The notes under the pieces were generated by a model that was given only the letters and a program-made list of their open reading frames with translations, made no database searches and had not been told where the DNA came from. Made by a program: the position numbers and the translations under genes. A stretch of 64,000 bases of DNA from contig JAKMXF010000155.1 in the NCBI GenBank assembly GCA_024704765.1, positions 640,912 through 704,911 on the forward strand, written 5' to 3'. This document shows, one piece after another, positions 39,232-53,101 of this stretch (the first letter of the stretch is position 1; every line of letters begins with the position of its first letter). Source of the stretch: Oopsacas minuta. Lineage: Eukaryota; Animalia; Porifera.

Positions 39232-41107
39232 CCCATAGGTTTAAATTATTTTAGAAATGTTGTGAAATTGTTTAAACATCATAGTTTCCAGTGATACATT
39301 CTACGCTAATTTATTTTAAGATATTAATATAATGTAAGATAAAGAAAGTAATCCAAGATCGTGAAAATATTGTGATCCGTTACAAAATTATGTATTTAAT
39401 GGAGTCGCTTGTGACTTTAATCATTCATTTTTCATAGAATACTCACACTTTCTGGGTTGTTTTTGAGCACAAACTATTCTTTTTTGGATATAGTTCCAAC
39501 TCCAATTTCCATTGTGTCGGCTACAATTGGCCCCTTGGGCTACAATTGGCCCCTTGAGCGACAAATTTTGTAGGTGTTATGTCTTAGGAAGTTGACAACA
39601 CAACATTCTCAAAATTTGTCCTAATCCTATCGAGTGACCACTTGTTCGCCGCAACTAGTCTAGCTCATTCTAATTATTCGCATATTCTCTCTCTTCTCTT
39701 TGGACGCGATTTGGCTAATTACTCATGATTTCAATGTACTTACTATGTATTTGTATGTCATACTGATTTTAGATTCGTTTTTCTTTTCGAACTAGTTTGG
39801 GTTAAATAATATGAATGATAACTAGAGTATTACACTATGATGGATTTCAACATTGAATCTTCTCCCCGAGACTGGTTACTCTGTACATTGACGGGTCTAG
39901 AAATTGTTGGCAAGGGGATAAATTTCCAGCTGGGCTTTGTAAGCCTCCAGTGGTATCCATGGGCAAATCCCTGGACGGCTAGCCATTTTGCCATAGCATT
40001 AGTTGCCTTCTTCTGTCAGAAACTATTAATCTCGAAGGTATTTCATCTAACCGCGTAATAATCATTTGGCTTTGAATATTAAACTTGTCTATTTATGTAC
40101 ATTGCTTCTGTGTACATATATGTATATGAATGTGTTGTTTACATTTGCACAAGGTAATATTCAAGTGAGTTAGCTACGTGTATTTTTGTTTTTCAACTTC
40201 CAAAGTTTTATATTAAAATTTTGACCATTACGACAAGTGACTGATGCCGAATACAGGGCAGTGTTAATAATGGCCATCACTAGAGGCGTAGCTTGGTTTC
40301 CCACTCCGGTTGCTGACAATTTCTCTGGAATTGCTAGCAACCCCAATAACATAGAGATTGCTTGTATCCCCAGGAATTCAAGGGTTGCTGACACTAGCTT
40401 TGGGGTGACCAGCAACACCTATCGGCCCATTAGCTACGCTTATGTCCGCCACCCAAGGAACTTGTAAAAGGTGGAGTTTTTGTCAGGTAAACTTCATGTA
40501 AAATGGACGTTAAATGAAGAGGCCGTATATTGATGCTGTAAACCTAGTAGACAGTTTTAGCCTCATTAAGAACCTAATAAGGTAGCCGCTATACAGGGGT
40601 GATAAAAATGGGAAATGCTAGGGGATTGTTTTTGAGGTACGGGGGTGGTGGGTGCTGAGTACATCCTAGAAGAGATAGTTCAATTTGAGACTTAGGATTC
40701 ATGATAGTTAATACTCTAATTATTATTTTCTACGTTATATTGGTAAGTATGGAGATTTTCCTGTATTTATAATCACGTATACTATATTTTTGATGGTAAT
40801 AATTCCACTTTAGATGGTCAATTTTTCAAAAAGAAGATTCCATATTCGACCCAAAGGATGATCAATTATTCAATATTTCATGAATCAGATTGTACATTAT
40901 TTATGAATTAGTCAGCGTCTCGTTTTGTAATTTATTTGTTATCTTAAATGCTCCGTAAAAGTTATGAATACGCTTATCTTCATCAATTAGCAGAAACTTA
41001 CTTGTTAGCACTGTATAATGCCAATGAATACATAGGTGACCCCAGTCGCGCCCTACCGTGTCCCTGGAATTAGGTTAAGTTCAAGCATAGCATTCTATAC
41101 ACTAAGG

Positions 41108-43413
41108 CAGTGTTCCTCAAACTATTATCAGACAGCGCCCCTTGTCAACAATATTCCCTCGATGCCACCCCTCCAGAAAGTTCAAAATTTTTTACTACAC
41201 TCGTATTTGTTTAATGATAATAAGTAGTATTCATCAATTAATGAGAAGGGTGTACTTGAGCGTGATGTTCTTCGATGATCCCATTTACATCTGGTTTCAT
41301 ATCAGTTAACAGTAATCTCAAATCTCCGCATTGAGCAATACCTAGTCTGTTTCTTTGCTTCGTTAGTAATTGAACGACTGCATTAAAATCTCTCTCAACG
41401 AGATATGATGTCGGAAACGCCAGAACTAGCAGTTTTGCTACTTTACACAAATTGAGAAATTTATTTCGTCCTACGATTGCAATCCAAAATCATTCATACC
41501 CCATCATTGTAAAATCAACTTTTTCCTCGCAATCACTTTGCAAATCCATCAGCACTTCCTGCAAATAGAGTAAGAACTGTTTGGCATCCACACAGAAAGG
41601 GTCAATTAGCCAATGAGGCAGTTTAATTTCTAACAAGTCAGTGAATCGCTTGATCATATCTGCTTTCAGTACTCCAAGATGTTCACAATATGCTAGCAAA
41701 TCGTCATCTGAAATTTGGAGTCCTGCTAGGTGAGGAAACTGGTAAAATTCTCATCAATCGATATTTTGTGTAAATAACGTTAGTTTCCCTATGAAGGAAG
41801 TGACTACAGTTTTACACTTGACCAGAGTTACTAAATTGCCTTGTAGTTGCAACTTCATTGCATTGAACTTATCAAAAATATCAGTCAAATAAGCTACATC
41901 TGATTTCGCTGCACTGACAAGCTGCATTAACTGCGGTTCTCTTCCTCTAAAAATTCTAGAAAGGTGTCGAAGATACTGTAGAACCGACTGGGACACTTTC
42001 CTTTTGAGTGCCACTTCACTTCTGTGTTCAAAAGCAGACATTCAAATTCTGTTTCGTTTTCGTGACATATTTGGTGAAATATTCTTTCCTTGGTTGCGGA
42101 AGCTTTGATTGTATTTATAACAGTAATGACGATATGCAATGAGTTGTGCAAGCGCGTACTTCGATGTTTTGCTACCAAATGTTCTCGATGGGCGAAGCAG
42201 TGAATAGCGTAAACCTCAGACACAGCCTTTACAAGTACCAAATGGAACCACGATGCCTAACAACCTTAGCTGGTACCCATCTGTTGCACAAGCAATGATA
42301 TTATTCATGGGAATTCCATTTCCTGAAAGAAGTTTCCCACGACTTTGTAGATAGATTCACCTTTTGTATCAGTTACTAGTGGTCTAGCAAATAACATTTC
42401 TTCAACCATTATTCCTTCGAGAATATATTGGACATATGCAAGGAGCAGTGCTTCGTTACCTGGCAATGTGGATTCGTCAATTTGAAGAGAAAATTCCGTT
42501 GTTTTAAGTTTACTGTAGAGAGTTTTCTCAACATCACTAGTCATCATATTTATTCTCCTAGCAACACTATCATTGCTTAACGGAATGGACTTAATCACTC
42601 TTCGCCCATCTGAATGCATAACAGTTGTAACTGCTTCTTAGATTCCATGTAAAATGGGTTTTTACCAATTGCATGTGGCTAACCAGATTTTGTAATTAGT
42701 AACGAAATGTTATGAGGCAACCAAATCATCAATATTTTGTCTATCTATTTTTCCAAAGATTCCGCCCATTGTTTTGCGGCTGTCTCTCAATTAATGAAGA
42801 ATTGCACATCTTTCTCTACCTTATCACTGTGGCGCGTTTTCAGATGATCAATCATTCTTGATTGCTTCATTCCTCATTAGAAAAAATTTGTTCGCACAAC
42901 AAACACATTTGGAGTTGTTCATTAGAAGGAGATTTAACAAATCAGTATTTGACATAATCAGCATTATACTGTCTACACTTCTTTTTGCTATTCATTTCTT
43001 CGATCGAGTTTATCAATTCCTTTCGTTTTAGATTTCTATGTATGTATTTATATTGAAATTTAACAGATTACTAACTATTACGAAGTTTACATTTGTTTGA
43101 AGAATAGTGATGATTATATTTCGATTAGGAAAGCCATAGACCTTATGACAAAAGCATTCTTCATTCATTTTTAAGGATTAGCTGTTCTTAATAATCACCA
43201 AGAGTATTACCACTGTAAATGGTTTTGATCATTGAAGTATTTGTTAGCACCTATTGATAATGAATAATGAGGAATATGATAACACTTTTTTGACTTGAGG
43301 TCGTATCGCTGTTTCGCTTTCTATAACCCACAGTGTCCCCTTGCTCCGTGTTCGCCCCCCTACAACCCTTCAGCGCACCCCAGGGGGCTCTATGGCCCAC
43401 TTTAAAAACACTG
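41108..43413 (-). mobile_element. hAT Buster/Charlie-type element (2306 bp), decayed transposase
   Basis: Perfect 8-bp TSD CACTAAGG with central TA (41100-07 and 43414-21); CAGTGTT termini. Fragments IPLSNDSVARRI, FSLQIDEST, HCFAHREHL, VAYLTDIF..N..LQLQG and FPTSYLVERDF. Confidence 0.93.
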
Positions 43414-43977
43414 CACTAAGGCAATGGTATTCTATTCAAATCCTAGGCCATGGATGGCAATTACCCTGCGACTTTCGAAACGATATCTCGATGAGTTTAC
43501 AGTAATTCATGATTATATGAGTAAATATGGTTATTTAATGTACTCTGTCATACTTACAATATATTTTGGAAGAATTTACGAAAAATGATAAATTTCATTT
43601 TTCTGAGATATTTGTATTATCAATATTTGACTGAAAACTATCAAAATTCATCGCCTTCAATGCAATGTAATTGGTTATTTCAACCGTGTGTTCTAGAAAT
43701 ATATCCACTAGTGTATTTACATCAATATACGCATGTGAATATACTATAATTAGTTATATCCTGTCAAATACATATGGCCAGATCAAAATTTAGTAACCAC
43801 ATTTTGATCACCCATAATTAGTAAAACAATTTTTTACAATATTTCAAAAATATTTCAAAATATTGTCACACTCCAAATTCACATCTTTACTCAATTCAAC
43901 GTCTATTATCACATCACATCTGCTCTATTCTACCTCTATTTTCACTGTTCCCCGATTCTGCATCTACAATCTTCAAC

Positions 43978-45200
43978 ATGGTCTGTCTTGTACCTGGCTG
44001 TAAGTCAAACTACCACGATAAAGATGAATATATATCTTTCTTCTCCTTCCCTACTGACAATAAGACTAGTGAGAAGTGGTTCTGAGCTATACTTCGACCG
44101 AGAGAGGACTATAAGATGTACAAACGATTGGGGGTACGTTGTGAACTTGTGATAATGCTTTTAATTAACACCATACTCAATAGTTATCGAATTTTATTTC
44201 TTCAAGGCCTGTATACAAGAATTTCCATGAAGAAGACCTCGAATGGACCATGCAATTCTTTGATGGAATGAAGTGATAAAGACGGAGAGGTAGAATGTTG
44301 CTCTTAAGAAGCGCAGTCCCTAGCATCTTCCCCAACTGTCCTAGCTATCTGATCTACCCTACTGTTAGAAGTCTTGCATATTTCAAAGAAACTGAATACC
44401 TTCTAACTGCCAAAATCCAGAATGATCCTCTTGAACATCATTTTGGTCTATATAGACAGATGTTAGGATCCCATTATAAGATTTCCTTTAATCAGATATT
44501 AGAGAGCGAACGCAGACTCCAACTTTCGAATCATCTAAAGGTGTTCGATCTTAAATGTTATTCTGCGTCTAGCTCTACTGAAGGCACCATTTCTCTGAAA
44601 GAATATCACAACGGATTTGCTGACGGCTGTGATTGTTAAATCAGGAACAACTTCATATAGGATATTATCTCACCAAATTGAACGAAATCTCACTTCCTGA
44701 AATAGAAGTCTCCCAAATAGAATGTCTCGTTTATATTGCGTAATATGCTATCTTTTCTTACATTAAGAAGTCTATTGGTTATCAATCTTGCCAAAGCCTT
44801 TTAACTTCAGATAAATTTCTCGAAGTTAACAATGATATCGGATCCCAGTATACTTTGATAGACTTAGTGGATAGATGTTCTCTTAAATATCCTTCTCGGC
44901 ATGTGGTGAAATGTGTGAATATTTTATATGAAACCTTTGTTCAAATTGACAAGAGTGAGTCCCTACACAAGGAATTCTGTACTGAACGATCTCGTAGCTT
45001 GTTGGTATCTATATCTATGAGCCTTATTGAAGATAGATACAGTGATATCTGGAAAGATTGGTGTTTTTGTGGTGTCTGGAATTGGGATATATTGTTGAAA
45101 TTGTGGTTAACATGATCTAATACAATCCTGTCGAAGAGGTTTCGCAATTATAATGTTATGGTCTTAAATAGAGATAACACTAAGCTAAACAAATGTACCT
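43978..45200 (+). pseudogene. Internally deleted P-element (THAP9-like) transposase
   Basis: THAP domain MVCLVPGCKSNY..FSFP..KWF*AI, a putative intron at 44134-44206, then AVPSIFPNCPSYL joined directly to C-terminal YLLTAKIQNDPLEHHFGLYRQ..G..Y. Termini not found. Confidence 0.8.
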
Positions 45201-47299
45201 GAATTTCTTTGTTCTTTTGTTTTAGATTACAGTATTCAACTATTACTGCATGCCCGCATGCCTGACGGGTGGAGAGAGTGAGAGGACGAAGAGCCAGACA
45301 ATACAATGGAACCTCTCGTAGCGGGGAATCGAATCTTGGGGGATTAACCTCCCCACTTTGGGAGGTTTCATTGTAAATGAATTATTATCAGTTTATCTTT
45401 ATGTATTGATATATTTATCTAGTACTGTATTGTGGATAATGGATTATATTTCTACTATTAATTTATTATAATATCGTAATTCTAATTATGTTTAGAGGTG
45501 TAAATCATTAAAAGATAGCAAAAGTTACATTAGAGCACTTTAGAATAGCGTTGAAAGGCATTATAACAATTATTTGAAATATTGAAAGTCCAGGGTGATT
45601 GCCATGTATGGTCCAGAAATTGAATAGAGTGCCATTCTCTTAGTGTATAGAATGCTATGTATGAGCATATATCTAGCACCATTTCATATGAATTGTTTGG
45701 TTATTTATGATTCAAGTTTCAGAGTTATAGTAGTGGGTATAGATGGCATATTTTGCCAATATTCACCAATATCTTGACAACCTCCAATACTATGGCCAAA
45801 TCATCAAACAGACATGTAGATGTACTCGACTTCCCAACCCTGAAATACATATTAATATGATATTCTCTCATGGTCATGATGCATCTTGAACATGAGCATA
45901 TATGGCATTATTAATAATTGCGCAATATTCTTTTGAGATATCGTATCTAAATGTATTATCAGATATGGGATTTCGAGTATATACTACATCTCTATTTTTG
46001 CATTTGCCCATAGAATAAAAAGTTGTCAAGTTATTGGTGAATATTTGCAAAAATATGCCATCCATGGTCACTACTATAACTCTGGAACGCGAGAACTTTA
46101 TAATGACAAATTTTGATAAAATATACAGTAACATCCTTAAATCCGATGTTATACATCTTGTAACCGTAATTGTATTAATTTACTCAACACACAGTTTCAA
46201 ATCTGTAATATTTTTCTGACATATTTGCTAAGTAAGCAATCAAATGAAATAATTTTGGCCTGAAAATAGTCTGTACATGTAGACTGCGAGTGATGTCAGA
46301 TATCAATAATACATTTCTTCAGGCCAAAATGTAAGGTTTGATATTAATCGCAACTAATAGAATTCCTTTGCACTGAATTAATTTATCCCGGGTTCATGTC
46401 CATCAATCAGTAGCATTCCTTAGTGTAATGAGTGCTATGGATTAGTTATTTGTAATGGCATCTCGAATGTGAATTTGATTCGATTAGCTTATTTGCAATG
46501 CCATGGTATATACAGTACATATTACGATTTTCTCAGAAACTCTTGTATTTCACATAATTGTCAGAAGATTTCCTAAGTCCGCTCCCCAATATTCTATTCT
46601 TCTGGGGACTTATTTTGATCAATACGATCACTGATTTTTCATGTGGCCGAGCATATGACACTACTATATTGATTTTTTGACAATTCCAAGAATCTACATA
46701 TCATTGTTTATTGCTTTCGTCCTTACTAACCAGCAAAATGTATTTTTTTGAATTTCTCGTAGTGCAGGTCACATAACTAATTTGGGAATAATTTCGTCAA
46801 ACATGAAGGTCTCAGGAATGTGTCAACATTCCATTCTCATAAGCTATCCCACCTTATTGAGTGAGTCTTTTTCTAGTTCATGTCGCTCACAAATTCAGTC
46901 TAGTTATTACATATAAGCCCTCTCAATGACTTTTAACTCAATCTTCCCATTTCGGACCTTGCTGCTGTAACTTCCTTGCTATTTTTCACATGTTTCTTGT
47001 AAACCATTATATTATCGTTTGTTTTTGAGAGATGCATTTACTTTGATGTATATTTTCGTATTAAGACATCGATAGAGGTTTTTCATACAGTTATTTATGC
47101 AAGATTGCGACGAACTCAGCTTGATTTGTATAGTAACTATACATCCTGAATAATTGCACAAATATATCTTGTTATAAGGGTAATCTGAATTCTATCAAAT
47201 AGAATCTCTGTACATTGTTTCAAACTGATCATTTATATTAATGTTAAAATGTAATATTCAAAAACAAGTCTTGTTGTATACTATAAAACCTGACGTGAT

Positions 47300-47720
47300 G
47301 GCCATAAATGGATGCGTTTTTCTAACCCAGCACGGAAAGTTATATAGAAAAATTGGATAACTTAGATTGTGTACTGAAAAAATATATTTATGTAGCCCTG
47401 TGTAATCCATGGGGATCATGCTGTGGCAAAACCCATATGGTTGACCCTAGCAATGTTTCTGGATCAAATTGATAAAATCCAGATTCATCACCAGGAACGA
47501 TATTCCAGAATCTTCTTGAGTAACCATTGTGGAATTTTCATTTCATAAATGTGCACCAGTCAACTATAGATTCTCTTGAATCATCAGACAAATTTTGGGA
47601 TCCAGCGAGCACTTATTGATACTTCCTGATCCAATATCAATCAACTCTTCTCTCTGGTCATGTGTTACTCGTGGAATAAATTCCATCATACTTTTCACTA
47701 CGTCACACAGTGGCTCAAAA
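47300..47720 (-). pseudogene. Mariner transposase fragment
   Basis: The minus strand gives SARWIPK.. and, after a frameshift, WNIVPGDESGFYQFDPE..W. Confidence 0.7.
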
Positions 47721-50700
47721 TGGCAAAAATTGGCGGATTAGGTATTTGGGTGTTGCTAGCTCTGCATAATGTGTATTTATTTATGGATTATCGACCCAAA
47801 CTAGTTGATTAAACCTATCAGGTTTTATATATGGCTTAGAATTTTTCTGGAATGACCTCATATCACCCTCATACCATATATGGTCAGTTGTATTTTTGTA
47901 ATTTTTGAGAGATAAGTATTGAAATATGTATAGTATGTTACTATCTTAATTTAATATGTTGACATATACTAATTTACTAATTGATACACCTTATCAAGAG
48001 CTTAAGTTCAGTATTAACTTCTCCACCATTATTTCTTGTTCAGAATATTGATTTGTTTTATTTGACCTCTGATATTTCTCTATATTGAACAAGGATAGGA
48101 TCTCTCTGACTCAAGAGTCTAACAAAGATGTCACTTACATTGCCTTCAAAAGAACATTTACGAGCAATCTTCTCCCTATATCTTCTTACATGTTTACAGA
48201 ATCCAAGCATTCTCCAGAAGAAGTCTACAATCCAAAACCGTCATTGAAATCTCTGATTAATTGATGAGGAGATGGTTGTGTTTACCCAAGGAAATTTACC
48301 AAGTATTTCCTCATAAGTTTTATCAGTGTCTATCCTTTTATGAGCATTATAGACCCTCAATACTCCTGGGAGGTTTGTGTGGATAGTACTAAGAGCATGT
48401 GGGTTTTCTTCAATCATAGGGGATGTAGCAAAGCAACACAATATTTTCATTGAGAAAACATCTTCTTGCTATATTACTAGTTGTAGTGGTACTGCTATCA
48501 CTGGATTGAGAATCTATTGAAACCCAGTCTTCTCAAGCAAGAGATTACGCATTCGATGCATTCAACTTTTTAACTATATGATGTGAAGGCAGCCATTTCT
48601 TCATTCCGTTATCCAAATGATATATCAATAGCATAAAATAGCGCAAGACACACAAATAACTATTGAGAGGGCATGGGAGATGAATTGATAAGAGATGAAA
48701 TTTCATCAGATATTGAAAAGGGATTGCAAGGATATTCGGTTCTTTTTGATAAAAATTTCAAGATGTATCCTTAGAATGCACTGATTTTCACGATGAAAGT
48801 TGTTTCCACATAATATTATTTGGTTTTTCGATTACATAGTGCATTTCAATCCACAGATCAGCTAGTTCGCAAAAAATATTAAAAAATTTCAAAATTCCTC
48901 TAGGAAGGGAACCTTTGTCCGAAAGATGACCTCGTATTTCCGTTGACGTTATGGTCACGGTCGCTACGTTTCGCTCACCTATATCTAGTAAAATCTTGAA
49001 GGCAAACATAGTCTCTAACTGTTTCAGCTATAAAACTATGCGACGTCGGGTGTCCTCGAAAAGTGTTTGACCAATTTCTAATTCGTTCATTCTAATATAT
49101 TCCATAATTACTACCTAGATAATAATGGTCTTTGTCAAGATATTTTGTAACCGAATCTGCGGAAACCTTTTTCTATGATTATTGAAAAGCATATTGATTA
49201 CATTAGAAACAAAATGTATATGTTCCATTCCAACGAAATCTTGGAAAATGACCTATAAAGTTGCTATTGTTAGAATCACTAACATTCTTCAATTTCATGA
49301 GAATATTCACTTCACTATCTGCTCATAGCACAGTCATGAGCAAGCAAATCTCTGTATCTAAACACAATTATATGTTTTCAACTAAGATGAATTCAGAATT
49401 ACGACTTTCTTGGAGCTTTGAATATGAAAATTTTACCCTGATCTGCCATGTTTTCCCACTGTGTGTCAATAGGAAAACAGACAATTTGAATTTTGTAATA
49501 GAATTTATACAATAAAATATGTGACATGCGGAATACAGGATAGCAAATTTATTGGAGCAGTCAGGAACTTTTTGGTAGACCCTCGTATTAGCTGGATCAC
49601 TGATAAAGCGTTTTGCTTATAGAAAGGTAGAGCCTCCGAAGGTTGCCTGGATAGAACTTGAATACTTGGTGAGTGTTCCATATTCTCCGTCCAAAAGCTC
49701 TGGATAGAATCTATCAATGGTAGTTCCAGGAAATGTATGTTTCCACGATAATTTTGATTTGCCTGCCTTGGTTTTCTGCTTTATTGCTGAGCTCTTCAGA
49801 TAGCTAGTTGTTGGTGTGGTAGTAGTTTTACTTGCTTCGCTAGTTCTTCCATTTCCATTTATACACTAGGTGTGAGGGTGAGGTGTAAGATACAAAATAA
49901 ATTATGTTTTACCCAAGTAGATCCCAATTCACAAATAATTACAATCTACATTGACAAATCAGCAATTTGATATCTAACCAAATATATCTCTATTATGTCA
50001 CCACATAACTGAGGGACAACATTAAAATGCTGATATTAACAATGCATATCTTTGTATTTACAGGAGTGAAATGTGTAAGCAAAAATAGCAATAACATTGT
50101 ACTTTGATATGGGAATACATATTCCCAGTATAGACTTATCCAGAAATTGCTGTAGAGGATTAATACTTGTGTGAGTGAAGGAAACATGAAGTATCCAAAT
50201 TTAAAAAACTCACGATAAAGAGTGTTTAGAATTAGACTAGTCGTTGTAGGGTTATATGGTGAACAAATTCCTTTTTCGCTGTGTTCACATAGTATGAAAT
50301 AGTATCTTTGGGATTGGTTGATTCAAGTTATCTAGATATTACTTTCGTTTTGCACAACCTTCCTTGAAGAATTTTACACTTCACCAAAATTGTAGATGTG
50401 CGTATTTACAATTAAGTTTAAGTATGATAACTATTATTTTACTTTTATCTCTAAATATCGTATTGAAGGCTTCTATTTCTCCCTGCTACATATTAGAACC
50501 AAATCTTGATACTTGTATTTCATATAGTTAATATTGCCTTTGCTCATGCATAAATGTTTAATTTCATGTAAACATTTTAGGCTATTACCAATAGATTCGT
50601 AAATTGGGCCATTACGGCCGTAGTAGACTACCTGCGGCCCTTAGATCTATCTTTTCGAATTGATTTCAAGTGTGCCGATATGGCGTATTAGGCAAAATTT

Positions 50701-50878
50701 CAATTATGATTTTTGAATCTCCATCGTCAACTTAGTGGAAATATTTATGATTATATGCACCACCAATAGGTATTTTGATTACAGTGAGCTAAAGCAAGGA
50801 TATTTTAGAATATTTAAATATCTAACCGCAATAGTAAACACCTAACTCCCTTAGTAACGATTTTATTCCAAGTATATA

Positions 50879-52188
50879 CAGGGTGTCTAATAAGTTCTGT
50901 TATACATTTTCGCGTCTTAGACAGTAGCTATTAATATACTTATGAAGTAATCTTCTAGATTTTCTTGTAGCATTTTTGGCGCTCTTTCGAATTATGCCAA
51001 GTATATATCATTCAAGTTGATGATTTCCCAGAAAATCATGTTAGAAGAGATTCGTTCAAAAATTGTCACTTTTCACGAATCTAGGTTTAGCAACAATGAA
51101 ATTCGAAAAAGGCTAAAAAATGATAAAGTCAATCCGATGTTGATCTATCACACAATAAAACGATATATAGAGACTAGGAGCATGTCTGACAGGACACGAG
51201 TTGGTCGTCCAAGATCTGCTCGCACACCAGCCCTGAAGAGTAGTGTCAGATGTCGAATCCTGAGAAATCCCCGGCGTTCAATGCGAAAAATGTCTCGTGA
51301 ATTCTGTGTCAATCACGAAACGATGCGGGAATTGGTTGTAGAGGACCTAGGAATGAAGTCCAATAAGAGGGAAAACGTACACCATCTTAACGACTCCATA
51401 CGTCGTAAGCCACTCGAAAGATGCACACAACTAAAAGCCCGATTCGCTCCTTGGACTGAAGATCAGATTCTCTTCTCAGATGAGAAGCTGTTCACCGTTG
51501 AGGAGGCAAGCAATCGTCAAAACGACGTATACTTGCTTCTCGAAGTCAGGCTATCCCAGATAGCATCAAATACATTGATAGAGTCCAGAAGCCTCTTTCT
51601 CTGATGGTATCGGCGGGACTGTCGGCAAACTCACGGACAAACTTGATTTTTGTCCCCCAAGGAGTGAAAATAAACTCCCAGACCTACAGAGAGCTGGTCT
51701 TGGAGCCTGAAACTGCGTCTGCTAGTGAGAAGCTCTTTCAAAACTATCCTTGGACTTACCAACAAGACTCTGCGCCTGCACATGCTTCAAAAATATCTCA
51801 GGGTTGGTTCCGAGAGCAAAACATCGATCTCATAAGTAAGGATGAATGGCCACCATCAAGCCCAGATTTAAACCCACTCGACTATTCTGTTCGGGCAAAC
51901 TTGGAGAGCAGGGCTTGTGCGAAATCTCAAAAGAGTTTGGAGTCCCTCAAGGTTAGTTTGTTGAGTGAATGGCAGAAAATCCCACAGGAGAAGCTGCGAA
52001 AAGCTGTCCATCAGTTTCGGGGCAAACTAACTTCCGTAATTCATATAAAGGGATGCTATATTGATTGATATTTCTAATGTGTAATTAAGAACATAAGTCC
52101 TAAGAAATAGAAGGTTTCATGGCTTTGCAATGGATAAATTTGAAATAATTGGGGAATTGATATATAACAGAACTTATTTGACACCCTG
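50879..52188 (+). mobile_element. Second DD37D (maT) element (1310 bp), frameshifted
   Basis: 26-bp TIR cagggtgtc(t/a)aataagttctgttata with TA TSD. ORFs 51017-51604 (FSDEK) and 51604-52068 (QQDSAPAH...WPPSSPDLNPLD, 37-residue spacing). Confidence 0.93.
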
Positions 52189-53101
52189 TACTGTATAACG
52201 TTTGTAGTTAATCATCAATTTGACATATTTCTTATATTAGAATAGTATATGCAATTATTCTAGGTATCATTGTTGTCTAGTCTTGATGACCTGGAGGGGA
52301 ATATTTTAGTTCTAACATAGTGTTTTGAGTGCTGCATCTACCAGGTGACAAATGAAGACGATAATTACCTGTGTTTTCTGGTGGTATATGTTGTTAATAC
52401 CATCTTGATGCAGGCCACAAGGTATGGTCGCAATCTAATCACAAAGTTAATGCTGTTATGAGACGGATTGGAGCGATTGTCCTGGAGTGGTGTAGTTCAA
52501 TGTAGATATTCCTTCAAGTCAGGGTGGTACATCAACTACTGGGAACATTGTAGGTGATTGCCTTTTGGATATGTGAGACTTTTAAAATGAGCGACTTTTT
52601 GATTAATCCATCTGATAAACCTTTATTGTTGACTTAATCAAGGTTAGTAAAATGGAAGAATTATGTAACGAAACTTATGAATACATCTTAGTTCATTTTC
52701 CATGTGCGAACCTCACCCCCTCTTTACACAAGCTACTTTCCCATTCCTTCAAGATTATTGGAGAATATAATAATGGTAGGGATCACAGAATCTATCAGAA
52801 GAATGTCTAGAAGCTTGTAATAAGTTCGTGAGACTGTATCGGGAAAATCTCGCCAGAATAACATCATTCTCTGACAATGTACGAGATATTCTAGTTCGCC
52901 TTTTGTGTTGTAGTGATCCCCTATTAGTGCAGAATTGTTCCCATCCACCAACACAAGAAAATCTGGTGTATATGATCCAAATAGCCCCCAAATATCTTGT
53001 ATAATATATTTAGTAACAGTTCTCCACAAGGTATAATCCCACAAATATGTATTTAGGGAAAGACTACAACCCTCGTTTATTACTATATAATAGCTACTTA
53101 T

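Noticed and set aside
39519-39556. 19-bp tandem duplication ggctacaattggccccttg
   Set aside because: Real, but no partner end or TSD was found; probably a terminal remnant of an old element.
52320-52460. Possible copia-like RT remnant (CIYQ...FLVVYVVNTIL)
   Set aside because: The YVDD motif is not intact and there is no supporting domain or LTR; too weak to call.
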